A stretch of 64,000 bases of DNA from an uncultured virus (IMG/VR IMGVR_UViG_3300035498_000413) (taxonomy: Duplodnaviria; Heunggongvirae; Uroviricota; Caudoviricetes): positions 1-64,000 of IMG/VR virus record IMGVR_UViG_3300035498_000413. One strand, written 5' to 3'. The notes below the pieces were generated by a model, which worked only from the letters and a program-made list of their open reading frames with translations, searched no databases and was not told where the DNA came from. Positions 20,901 through 32,100 of the stretch are shown here, in pieces; position 1 is the stretch's first letter; each line of letters begins with the position of its first letter. The translations under genes were made by a program, and so were the position numbers.

Positions 20901-23195
20901 TTTTTTCTTCTTCAGTAAAAGGAGAAGTTTTCCATTTCATTCCATAACGAACAAAATCCATATTATTTATGGCAGGACGAATACAGTTTCTACAAACAGC
21001 AATATTATCAGTATTTATTAAACCATTAGTTTTAAGATAATTAAAAATTTCTTCCCAAGTATTAAAGACTAAATCATTAGATGTATAAAGTGTAAAATGA
21101 GCTTTAGCAGCTTCACTTATTTTTTTTAAAGTTTCTTCTGAAAAAGTTCTTCCTTTAAGGGATTGACTTATTTTTGCTTTCCATTCAGGAGTCCTTTCAA
21201 CTTTTTTTAGCTTTTCAATCGTCTCTGGAGAAAGCTTACGGCCTTTTCTCGCAATACTCATTTTTTGTTTTGCTTCTTCTGTATGCTTAAAGTGCATTGC
21301 TTTTTTGACTTCACTTAAATGCTTTCTCATCTCTGGAGTTCTTACTTTTCCAGTATTAGCTTTAGATATTTTATCTTTAGTTTCTTGGGATAATTTAAAA
21401 CCTTCCCCGCCGGGAGTTAAATTATATCCTTTATCTTTATTTTTATAGCTTTGATAATATTCAATCCAGAAACATTCTCGTTCATTTTCCTAGCTCGGTT
21501 CTACTTCTTCTATTACTTCCCAAGTAAAATTTTCAACACCATATTTTTTTAAAGCATTATGAAAATAATAATTTTCTGATTCAATGTGACGAAGATGTTC
21601 TTTTTTTCTCTATTCAAGAGTTCTACTAGTCTTACCAATATAAACTTTTTGATTTATATTGTTTGTTACTTTATAGATAATGCTCATATCATCTACTCCT
21701 TTTCTATAAATAAATTAAACTTATTATTATTAACCTTCTTATTATATATAAAAAAAGGATGAACCTCAATTAAACAAACTTGACACGGTATTACCTTATC
21801 TTTTAAAAGACTTAGGTTCCCTTACTCATAATGACATCACTGCCTTCTGAACCGTTAGCTCAACATCTATATGTTGAACACCTATGAGCAATATAGTTCA
21901 CGAATTTTTAGTTGAGCCTAACTTTTAACCCAACACCCGAGCCTCTGCCTGGCCCAACTAGACTTCCAGCTTCCCACACGGTATCAATAATCTTTTGCAG
22001 ATTTAGATAATATGCGCTCCAATGCGTTTTATTAACAATAGAAGAATCCCATGTCATCTGCAAACATTCATTTACAGCGTCATAAGTTTCTTGATTTTGA
22101 TAAGTAATTTCCTTTTTAATTGCTTGAATAATAACATTTGCGAGTATTTTATCGCCTTCATAATCAGAAGCAATGAATTCAAATAAATAAGGAATTTTCT
22201 TAATATAGAAATCCTTATCTGCGGTTGACACGTATTCTGGTATCTTCCAAGCCAGCTCAGGGATTTTAAGCGGTTTCCGCAAACTATAATCTTCACAAGC
22301 ATCTTTAATCTTGCGGATATTTGAGTAAGCTTTTTCTAACTCTTCTTTTGTTAAAGCGAGGCGAGACTCTAATTCTTCTGTATCCATCATATAAGTTGTA
22401 GCATAAAAAGCATCAACTTCTCGCTCGCCATCTTGAGAATTTAAGTAAGCTTTATGGACATATCTATCTTCGTTCTTGAGATAATGACTATCTGTTGTTA
22501 TAATATAAGGAATATCTAACTTTTCAGATAGAGTAATCAATTCTCGGTTTACAAATGTTTGCTCTTCAGAGGCAGAAGGTTGAAGTTCAAGAAAGAAATT
22601 TCCTTTACCGAAGAGCATTTCCATATTTTGGCACCAATGGCAGATTTTGGAATACAGCTCATCGATAGGAAGCTCTTTCCACTTTAAGATTTGGGTTGGT
22701 AGAACTCCGCCTAAGCAGGCAGTGCTCCCGATAATATGTCCTTTATTCTGGCCAATGATTTCTTCTAAGTCGCTATAATATGTAGGAACTCGTCTTGTGC
22801 GGCCTATCATGTAAGAACGCATCCAAGCTCTCGTTGAAATTTCTCTAATCTGCTGATGACCAATAGCGTCTTTTGCCAAAAGAATAAAATGCCAGTATCT
22901 GTCAGAGGTTTTATCAAAATTTTGAGCATTTAATCCATTTCGGCATAGATAGATTTCATTTCCAAGAATTACTTTAAAATCAGGATGTGTTTTCTTAATT
23001 TTTTCATAATATTTTTCTACTTTTACCGCATTGCTAATACATTCATGTTCAGTAATAGCGACTACTTCATGCCCTAGCTCGATAGCATAATCAATTAATT
23101 CTTCTGGCATAATGATAGAATCTCTAAGTCGAAGATTACTATATCCAGTATGGCTAATTATGAAGACTCCCTGGATAGTTCACTCTAGTCTTCAA
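17914..23195 (-). CDS. dnaE: DNA polymerase III alpha subunit, interrupted by a group I intron and a 4-nt insert near the start
   Basis: PHP domain (SLHN/HT, ITEH, GNEIY, TTDSHY); GRGSGVG|FILL splice junction; DVDIDVE, HAGGV, KYDLL and YGFNLSH motifs. Segments 23195-23157, 23152-21928 and 20510-17914. Confidence 0.92.
20511..21927 (-). mobile_element. Group I intron in dnaE
   Basis: P1 GTTGGGT/GCTCAAC, terminal G at 20511, S-like AGAGATAGTC at 20541-20550. Splicing restores GVGFILLN. Confidence 0.92.
20611..21687 (-). CDS. Intron-encoded GIY-YIG/NUMOD3 homing endonuclease with two TAG=Gln codons
   Basis: MSIIYKVTNNINQKVYIGKTSRTLE(TAG)R...GYNLTPGG followed by SEETKxKIS repeats; same frame as 20611-21330. 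Confidence 0.88.
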
Positions 23196-23282
23196 TAGCA
23201 TCACCTCCGATTTATTTCTCTATAGATATAATAGCATATTTTTCTATGAAGTTCAAATGAGTTTATAATACTCGCTTTCATT

Positions 23283-24494
23283 TCATTGTGCTATTAAAGT
23301 TAATTTTTTTTCAGCTCTAGTAACAGCAGTATATAAAAACTGTCTATGCTCCTTTGGATCATAAGGAAAACCTTCTTCGAGGACTGAAACTTTAGACCAA
23401 GAACTGCCCTGCGCCTTCCAAGTCGTCATTGCGTATCCATAAGCGAACTCATAGGGAGGAGTAAAACAAGGCATATCTTCGCTTTTAGGCTTATTCTTAT
23501 TTAAAATATATAATTCTTTAGGAGTAAAAGCTGGTTGTCCAGTAAGCAAACAATTATAATCAATAGGACAATTAACAAATCTATCTCCATCTTCTAATAA
23601 AATATCAGTATACATAATATCTACGTTCTTAGAATCAAGATTTCTAAAAGCTGGAGACCGCTCTGTAACTATATTATAGTTCTCTACTCTACCGATAACT
23701 CCATTGGTAAGTGCCCATTCGCCAGACGCAGATTCATAGTCCCAATGGTTATGTAGACATATAAGTTTATCTTTCTCATCAGGTAGGGGCCCATAACCTA
23801 GCGCCTCCCGCACAGTGCTATTGAGTAGATTTCTGGTTCTATTAGTAGCACATAAAATCTGGTCGGCCCAAAGTAACATACCCATACTTAAGTCTTTTGC
23901 TTTAAAATACTGTACTTCTTCCCTTGCAAAAGGAAACATACTAACTGGCTTATTTTCTCTTATCCACATGGACAACCGCACAATTTCGCTTCCTTTTGCT
24001 TGTCGCATCACTTCATCCAAAAAGACATGAGGCGTATCAAGAACATGATTATCTTGTGTCTTATCTATAGGAGGAAGTTGCTCAGGATCCCCTAGAGCTA
24101 TCACATATTTATGATGCGATAGAAGTAAATCCCACATCTTTTTAGGTAGCATAGAAACCTCATCTACGACAATAAGTTTATAATTATCTATAGACTTTCG
24201 AGGGATAAAAGCATATCTACCATCCTTCATTCTCTTAGAAAAATAAAGTAGTTTATGTGCGGTTGTGGCATTAGGATTACCTTTTTGTCTTAGAACTTGA
24301 GCAGCTTTACCAGTGAAAGAAATATAAGCCACGCTTTCCGGATCTAAATTCAATGCTGCGATGATGAATTTAACCAAGGTTGACTTCCCCGTTCCAGTTC
24401 AGGCGTAGCCAGATATGCAGGTATATCTTTCTCCTGCTTTATATCTGGCTACAGCGATCTTTAAACCTTCTTCTTGTTTAGAGCTTAGAACCAT
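23283..24494 (-). CDS. RecD/Dda-like SF1B helicase with a TGAACT insert in Walker A
   Basis: MVLSSKQEEG...SGYA[TGA ACT]GTGKST, VDEVSM, GDPEQLPPI, MRQ, KAQGS and YTAVTRA motifs. Confidence 0.88.
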
Positions 24495-24592
24495 GGTTTA
24501 ATTTCTCCCTCCTTTCTTTTCTATCTATTGCCATGTAATGTTTTGCCATTGTTACTTTACCTATTCTCGCGTGTTATACGCAACCAATATTT

Positions 24593-24814
24593 TCATTCTT
24601 CCCAAGTCTCTGGCTCTGGAATATCTTTTCTGTTAGTTAAATCCTTAAGAATCTCAAAAAATTCTGCTTCATCTTGTTGAGCTGCTTCCATAGAACTTGA
24701 TAAATTGCCTCCAAAAAGATTTCCAGCTTCATATCTAGCCTGTCCCTCTCGTGCAATTTTATACATTAGATATAAACAGTTACTTCCATAGCGTTTGGTC
24801 TTATTTGATTCCAT
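24593..24814 (-). CDS. Hypothetical protein
   Basis: RBS AAGGAG, downstream of a TTGTAA-N17-TATAAT promoter. Confidence 0.6.
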   Translation of the reverse strand: MESNKTKRYGSNCLYLMYKIAREGQARYEAGNLFGGNLSSSMEAAQQDEAEFFEILKDLTNRKDIPEPETWEE

Positions 24815-24970
24815 AATTAAAATCTCCTTTATTTCATATAAATATTATATCATATAAAGTAATTTATTACAATTTTGGGTAAAAATTTCCCTAGGCTATT
24901 TTTAATCTGAGGTTTATGGATTTAACTACTGTATGCGCCCCGATATACCTGTTACCCTAGATAAAAAATA

Positions 24971-24996
24971 AAAGGGACTAGTTTCCTAGTCCCTTA
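24971..24996 (-). terminator. Intrinsic terminator
   Basis: AAGGGACTAG-loop-CTAGTCCCTT followed by a T-rich tract on the minus strand. Confidence 0.8.
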
Positions 24997-24999
24997 ATA

Positions 25000-25764
25000 T
25001 TAAGCTGTAAAATAATTATAAGCTATTGTTGCATACTTCATACGAGCCGAGCAAGTACTAGCTGCTCCTCGCTCATAACACTTAAAGAAGGCTTTAGCTG
25101 CCTGCTGTTCATTACTTAAATTCAAGAATTTAGAATAATTAAAGCCGCTTGCATAAGCTCTACCATAAGTATTTAACTCGTAAGAAATCGTATTAGCTAA
25201 AAAAGCGCATTGCCCTTCTAATGAAGCGCCCCAAACTCCAGAGTAGCCTCTCGACCACTGGCAAAGACCATAATAGTTACCACTGCTACTAGTAACCCAA
25301 TACTTGAGATTTAAAGTGCCTCCGCCGCACTCGCCCATCATATTACCCATAATTCCTGCGGCGACGTAGTTATTATATCCCAGAGTCTCAGTTAAATATC
25401 TCCAAACATAAGTAGCAGAAGGATATTGAGATTCTTTCAAAGACCAGCGGCTATTATAATCGGCTACTAAAGAATCATAAGTTGCTTGGTATCCCTTCTT
25501 CAAAGTCTTAGCGTCATTATATTCTTGTTTCGCTAAAACAATAGTAGAATGAGATTCATCATAGCCTAACTTGCGGGCGGCCTCTGCCATAGCGTGTGCT
25601 GCTTCCATTTTCTGACCTTGTGTATATGTCATAGAAGCGAGATTACTAATGTCACTATAAGTATAAGTAGTTCCATTGTATTCAATACCATAGGCAGCTC
25701 CTGCGCTCACACAAGCTCCGGCCGCAATCACCAAACATAAAAATACTGTAATAAAGCGTTTCAT
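25000..25764 (-). CDS. Secreted lysozyme-like cell-wall hydrolase (phage tail lysozyme-like domain) with signal peptide
   Basis: Sec-type signal peptide; AAGIMGNMMGEC, YGLCQW and CYER motifs. Confidence 0.8.
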   Translation of the reverse strand: MKRFITVFLCLVIAAGACVSAGAAYGIEYNGTTYTYSDISNLASMTYTQGQKMEAAHAMAEAARKLGYDESHSTIVLAKQEYNDAKTLKKGYQATYDSLVADYNSRWSLKESQYPSATYVWRYLTETLGYNNYVAAGIMGNMMGECGGGTLNLKYWVTSSSGNYYGLCQWSRGYSGVWGASLEGQCAFLANTISYELNTYGRAYASGFNYSKFLNLSNEQQAAKAFFKCYERGAASTCSARMKYATIAYNYFTA

Positions 25765-25836
25765 TTAAATTTGCTTCCTTTCTTAAATGTTTAAGGGTTT
25801 ATCCCTTATTCGTTTAAGTCGGTTGCGCTATTGAGA

Positions 25837-27579
25837 TTAAAAATAAAATTGCTGAGTTTCCATAATATCATAATTCTCAATGATAATCTAGGGTGTTACC
25901 ATGTCATTCCATACATTTGCTTCACATTTACCTACGACATTGATAACAACACAACCGGATTCAGAGAATAGTTTATTAAACTCTTCCTCACTTGACTTAA
26001 ATTTAATGCAGCTAACTCCATTCGGTAAATTTATCTTTAAAGTGGGATTTTTATCACGCGACATCAGATATAAATTATCTCTTGTCACTTTAATTCCTTC
26101 TATTGCTACATAGGCTTCGTCAATATCTTGGCCCCACCAAGGTTTTAAACTTGCAATATCAAGAATCATAGCGGAATTAAAATCATTGGCAGAAAAAATA
26201 TAGTCAACTCGATATGAAGGTTCAAACTCTATATCTTCTAATTCCTTTTCAGCATATTCCATAAATGCTTCAAAATTAGAATCAAGGATACCTAATCCAA
26301 AAGCATTTGCGTGTCCTTGCGCAAGATAGACTAAATTGGAATCTTCACAAAAGGTTCTAAAATCTTTTAATTGAGATTTATCGTAGCCTCTAGCAGAACC
26401 TTCCCATTTTAATCCTTCTTCTGATTCATAAGGGCTAAGAATGGCTGTAGGTCTTTGGTACTTAGACATTAGCTAATTTGCTATTAATCCAGCAATAGAA
26501 CGATCAACTGAAATATTATCTAATTTGATAATAAGAAGTTTTTTATCTAGTAACTTCTCTTCTTCAATCTTATTTTCTATTGCTTCTAAGCTGTCATCTC
26601 TAAGTCTTGTCTGCCTATTTTTCACGTTAATGCAGGTCCTAATAGCTTGTTCAACCCTAGATTCAAACAAACCTTTACATCCACGTTTAGTAGATGGTAT
26701 TTCCTCATATGCTTTCCATTCAAGCATAGATTCAAATAAAGTTATTTTCTCTTCTAATGTTCCCACTCTCGTAATTGCATTAACGTAAGGAGCCACATAA
26801 AATGCGATTCCTATTGGAGTAACTGCACTTCCTATTGAGTATTCATTCTTCTCTACCATACCAGCCAGAAATGGATTACGGATCTATGCGATTCCTTTTG
26901 AAATAATCTGGCGGGTTTCCATGTCTCGTAGTGACATCATATCAGCGGTGATACCTAACATAGTTAAATCAAGCTGTAAATCAGCTTTATTTTCTTCTCG
27001 GAACGTATCCAAATATTGACAGAATTTGTAAACAATTCCAGCACCCGAAAGAGATTTAGTAGGATAATCACAAAGTTGATTATTAACTACGCAAGCGTAT
27101 TCTGAAATGCTGTCTGCGTGGTGATGATCCAGTATAAGTACATCAATACCTTGCTCAAAAAGTTCTTTATGAATTTCAACTTCATTACTACTAGAATCTG
27201 CGGCAATCACTAGGCCAGTTCCTTCTTTAATCTAAGAAACATCAATACCATGTTGCTTGCCGGGATGAAATACATAATAAAACTTAGATTCAACTATACT
27301 TGGCATCCACTCATGTAAATAATTTAGCAAGATAGCAGATGAAGTGAAACCGTCACAATCAGCGTCAACAATCACGTAAATCAATTTATCATCAGCTAAA
27401 TGCTTTACTAACATCTTAGCGGCTTCATCAATTCTATCAAGCAGAAGAGAAGAATAAATATCTTCATCTGTGGTGTTTAGATAATGAGAAACCTCATCAT
27501 ATTCAATTCCTCGATTTGTTAATACCTAAACGATTGGCGTATATTCTTTATTTATTGGATTTATTAACTAATACTTCAA
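25837..27579 (-). CDS. recJ: RecJ-like DHH single-stranded DNA exonuclease, 6 TAG=Gln
   Basis: TTG start; joins four ORF-track pieces in one frame. DADCDG, LDHHH, ADMM and GHANAFG motifs. Confidence 0.88.
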
Positions 27580-27633
27580 TCCTGTTTCTCCTTTCAAAAC
27601 ACCACAATTTATTTTAAAAAACTCTTAAATAAA

Positions 27634-28743
27634 TTAATCATTTTTGTTTGTGGGTATAAATCTATTATTTAGTAATTCTTCAAAAATACTCTTACCTTGG
27701 TCGATAGGGGAATCTTTGTAATCTGTAAGCATACCTTTATCAAAGATGCAAGTAATTTTAACTCGATTCTTATACTTGTTATGAAATCCTATTAGCTTAT
27801 GCTTTAGACGTTTAAATTCTTCGTCGCCAATCTCTTGAAACTGTCGGTCAAAAGCGATAATGATTTCTCTGACTCCAAGTTGCAATAACATCTCGACTTG
27901 ATACGCCGATAAGCTACTGCCGCAACAAGCAACAGAAATATCAGAGTCCCCATACAAGCATCTTGATTTCATACAGCTTTTTTCGCTTTCATACACGATT
28001 GCGGCCTTGGCGGTCTGAATCGCCTTAAAGCTAAAATTAAGGTTGTATAGATTCATGGATAATGCGTGACTATAAGTCTTACCATCTATAGTAAGAGGTC
28101 TATATTTACCATATCGGTTGGCATCATCTTCCGCTAAGCTGCGGCCGCGTATCCCGACTAATCTACCAGAAATATCAAAATGTGGAATTGTAATTTGCTC
28201 ATGCGTGGGATAATAGCCTATCATATATTTTTTACAGATTTCTTTACTTATTCCTTCTGCTTCCCAATTTAAGATTCTAGGATAATTAAATCTATTAAGA
28301 ATAGACTTATCATATTCCTTAAGCTGTACTAATTGAGTTTTCTCGGTAGAATAGTCATATCTATCAAAGATTTTCCAGTCTTTTAACTCGTTATTATACT
28401 CCTTCGGTCTAGGAGCCTCCGCAAGTCCAAAGAAATCAGCTATATAACACATTGCATCATATAGTTCATAGTCTAAATTTCTTTGAATCTTAGCAGTTTT
28501 AATAACAAGTTGAAACACATCAAAACTAGGTTCCTCACAACCCGAATAACAATTAAAAAGCTTACTATTTTCATAATAATACAACTTGCGGGAACCTTCT
28601 CCAGGTCGATTATGGCATATAGTCTGAGAAATTAATCCAGTTTCTACATATTCAGGTTCTCCGCCAAGCTGTACCAATAAATCGTATATTTGTTCGATTT
28701 CTAGTTGGCTTTTTATTGTATCTTTATTATAATATCCAGCCAT
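27634..28743 (-). CDS. DNA primase (Zn-binding plus TOPRIM domains)
   Basis: TICHN...NCYSGC zinc site; IPH...GIRGR, YESEKS and AFDRQF motifs. Confidence 0.82.
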   Translation of the reverse strand: MAGYYNKDTIKSQLEIEQIYDLLVQLGGEPEYVETGLISQTICHNRPGEGSRKLYYYENSKLFNCYSGCEEPSFDVFQLVIKTAKIQRNLDYELYDAMCYIADFFGLAEAPRPKEYNNELKDWKIFDRYDYSTEKTQLVQLKEYDKSILNRFNYPRILNWEAEGISKEICKKYMIGYYPTHEQITIPHFDISGRLVGIRGRSLAEDDANRYGKYRPLTIDGKTYSHALSMNLYNLNFSFKAIQTAKAAIVYESEKSCMKSRCLYGDSDISVACCGSSLSAYQVEMLLQLGVREIIIAFDRQFQEIGDEEFKRLKHKLIGFHNKYKNRVKITCIFDKGMLTDYKDSPIDQGKSIFEELLNNRFIPTNKND

Positions 28744-28746
28744 AGT

Positions 28747-28908
28747 TTAGCCGACAATCAGATTGGTAATTTCTCCCTTAATTCCAGCAGTTTTATTCAG
28801 ATAATCAATGACATAATCCTTGGGATTCTTGCGCTTTTCAGTTTCGCTCTTACGAGTTTTCAGGATACCTTCATAAGTTTCCTTAGACATCTTATATTCA
28901 ACACCCAT
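28747..28908 (-). CDS. Small hypothetical protein (53 aa)
   Basis: RBS GGAG, MGVEYKMSK...; fills the gap in the operon. Confidence 0.6.
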   Translation of the reverse strand: MGVEYKMSKETYEGILKTRKSETEKRKNPKDYVIDYLNKTAGIKGEITNLIVG

Positions 28909-28921
28909 AATATATTCTCCT

Positions 28922-29182
28922 TTACATCATCATATCATTTTGGTTCATAAGCCCTTCTATAATAGACAAGTAAGCTTCGGCTTGTCCTTTCCAATAAGCA
29001 ACATTATTAGCACTTCTATTGTCTATAGCCATTATAATATAATATAAAGATAGAAGCAAAGCGTCTGATTTACCGCCTTCTGCTTCATACTCACTCAATA
29101 AATCAGTGAATTCTTGAACTGTAAACTTATTTTCTAGGCAGAGATGCGAGTTAAGCATCTAAACAAATTTATCTAAATCCAT
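28922..29182 (-). CDS. Hypothetical protein with one TAG
   Basis: ATG at 29182 after GGAGG; MDLDKFV(TAG)MLNSHL. Confidence 0.55.
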
Positions 29183-29183
29183 A

Positions 29184-32100
29184 TTATTCCTCCCAAGGTG
29201 GCGCATCATCATCCACCATAATTTTAATATCTTCAATACTAACCATTTCGTGATTATAAGTAGTTGCAAACATCGGTTTTATTCTACAAGTTCCTAAATC
29301 CGCATAACACCAGAGATAAACTCCTTTATATCTACCTCTTCTGTTTTTATAAACTGACATTTTAATATTTGGAGTTTTAAATCTGCCAGAAGCAAGAACT
29401 GGTTCTAATTTAACGAGATCTTCGTCTTTTACGTTCAGTAGAATCATACCGACATCAATTTTCGCTTATACTTTTATTTTCATAAAAGGCTAGACTATAT
29501 CTTTACCATGCCTATTACTAGGTTTAGGTAGACCGTAATTCCCCTAAAAGGGTACTCCGCGCTACCGGATAGTCGTTGAACCTCTTCTCTCGAAGACAGC
29601 TGCTGATTACCTATTGTTTTACCACTTAGCACCTTATTAAGGCTTTTATTTCAGCTTATGGCATCTAATTAATTTTTTCTGCTTTCGCAACATTCGCACT
29701 TATAACTCAAAAAGTTATTATGCTGTAGTTTAATTAGCTTTAAGGCTTTCCAGCATTTTTCGGTCTAATAATTCCCTAAATTTCTTTAAGAAACGACTGT
29801 TTCTAGTTCTTTATAAATTTGATATTTTCTATCTAAGTGTTCTGAACAGCTATTATATAATTTAGTTAAAATTTTATATGGTTTTTCTGTACCGCCGCAT
29901 CGAATGTAATAATTATTTTTATCATCATCGTTGCGTTTTTCTAAATGAGAAGAAATATCTAAAATAGAGTTTATCCATTCTAATATTTCTTTAGTTCCAA
30001 CAATGTTTATAGCATAATTATTATATTGTTTAGTCTTATAAATACTTCCATCTCCATCAAAATATCCTAAAATAAATGGAAGATAAAATTCTTCTTCAAT
30101 AATGGGAGGTTTTAAAACCAAGCTTTTTTTCTGACCTACTCCATGAGCTATAAAATCTTCAACCATATTTTTACTATTAAAAGTAATTTTACTCATAGGA
30201 GTATTATTAGAGAAACCGCAGTCTTGGATAAAATCATTAATTTCAACGTTACTATTCATAAAATTTTTAAATTTAACTAAATGGTCTCTATCTTTTCTAC
30301 TTAAATTAAGAATTACAGAACCATTAGTACTTCTTTTATAAACGCATCCATCAGCGGCTATAAACCCTAACCAATAAGCTTTTTCTGGCGTATCTATATG
30401 ATGAAACTTACTATAGTCTGCTTCATACTTATGTCTATCATTATTTTCAATGTTATTTTCTTTTAACACTCTCGTAATTACAGTCCTAGATACACCATAT
30501 TCTTTTCCTATGTCTTTCATCGACATTTTTTGATTTTGATATTTATTAATAATATCTTTTAGCTGTTCGTCATTAAAAACTACTTTTTTCATTCTTTATA
30601 CCTCTTTTTTAAATTAGATTTTGGAATTATCTATATTATAAGTATAAAGAATTTTTAATTTTAAATCAAATTTTAAGAACCATCCAATCAGCTATCGACT
30701 TTGCACCTCGAAGCAAATTTTGGTCAGGAGTCTCGCTATCTGTATAGCTACCATTAAGCTGAGTGCCCGACAAAATAAAAACACCATAAGTATTAGCAAT
30801 ATCTTTTAAACGAGCTGAAAGCATAAAAAGAACATTGTCCTCACGCAACCTAACACCGCCGCTCTTCCTCGTAATCTCGCTTAAGATTTTTAAGCTAGTG
30901 TGAATGTAGTCATGGACCACGTATTTTACGTCATGGTCTCTAATGCCTTTTTTTATTTTGTTCTCGATATCTTGCAAAGAAAAATCTGGTAGTTCTTCTA
31001 TCCATAGTGTAGCTTGCTTAAGAATTTCTGCCGCCTTGATTACTCTATCTCTTTCTCCATCTTCATATTGACCATTCAGGATATGCTCTTCATTAACAGC
31101 AGAAACAAAAGCCAACATCATAGTTTGTACTTCACTCTTATCTTGCTCCGTAGCGATAAAAAGAGTTGGTTGAGATTTACCATTTTTAATCCACATACCA
31201 AAGTCAGGCTCATAGATTTCGTTGCACGCAAAATTACAGGCATCTGCCACCATAGTTCGTGTATTATGCGTAACAATAAAATCATTCATTAAGAAAAGAT
31301 GAGAATTATTATCAACAGTAAAACAAGTCATATCGGAATATTCTTCAATAGGATAAATATTAGTTATTGCTATATAGTCTTTATGTTCATTTCTTTTAGT
31401 AGAAGTTGCATATTTAGTAGCTCTTTCTACTTTACGAGAAAGTCTAAATAAATTAACTTTATTTTCCTTTTTACATTGAATACGAACTGTATAGCAACTT
31501 TCTGTATATTTCTCAGAGCGAGAATCCTCTATAATGCCTGTAATAAAACCAAGACTATGACACAAATCAACTACTTGGTCAATCATCACTTTAGAAGTAC
31601 TAGTAAAACTTGTACGTCCCTTGTCTTTGTCAATACTTCCATCAGTATCCATTAGCCCTTGAAGTAAAGCATAACGCTGTTGAATACTAGCTGTCATATA
31701 TTCTTCTGGGATAAATTTATTTTGAGAATAAACATTCATTAATTCTGGATACATAGAAATAAAATCTTCAACCCAAATTTTCTTTCCAGTATTGTTATCA
31801 AAGAAAACATAATTATAATTAAAATCGCTAGTTTTTCTATAGGTCCAATTCATAATATTAGCAATAGATGTAGGAAGTTCTTCATCTGCGCTTGAGAATA
31901 TAAGTTCTTTATTAGAATTTCTATATCTAAAACTACCATCTCCAAGCATTAAACCAAAAACATAAGGATCGATTGGAAGCTCTTTTTCTTCATATTCTAC
32001 CGGTTCATTTAATTTGACTCTAAATCTAAATCCTTTATTAGAAGAATCTTTAAAACCATTTTTCAATTTAAGAGTTCTATCAATAATCTGTTGAACTGAT

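Noticed and set aside
24498..24596. Short ORF between the hypothetical gene and the helicase
   Set aside because: Interrupted by TAA after 14 codons, with no recognisable motif.
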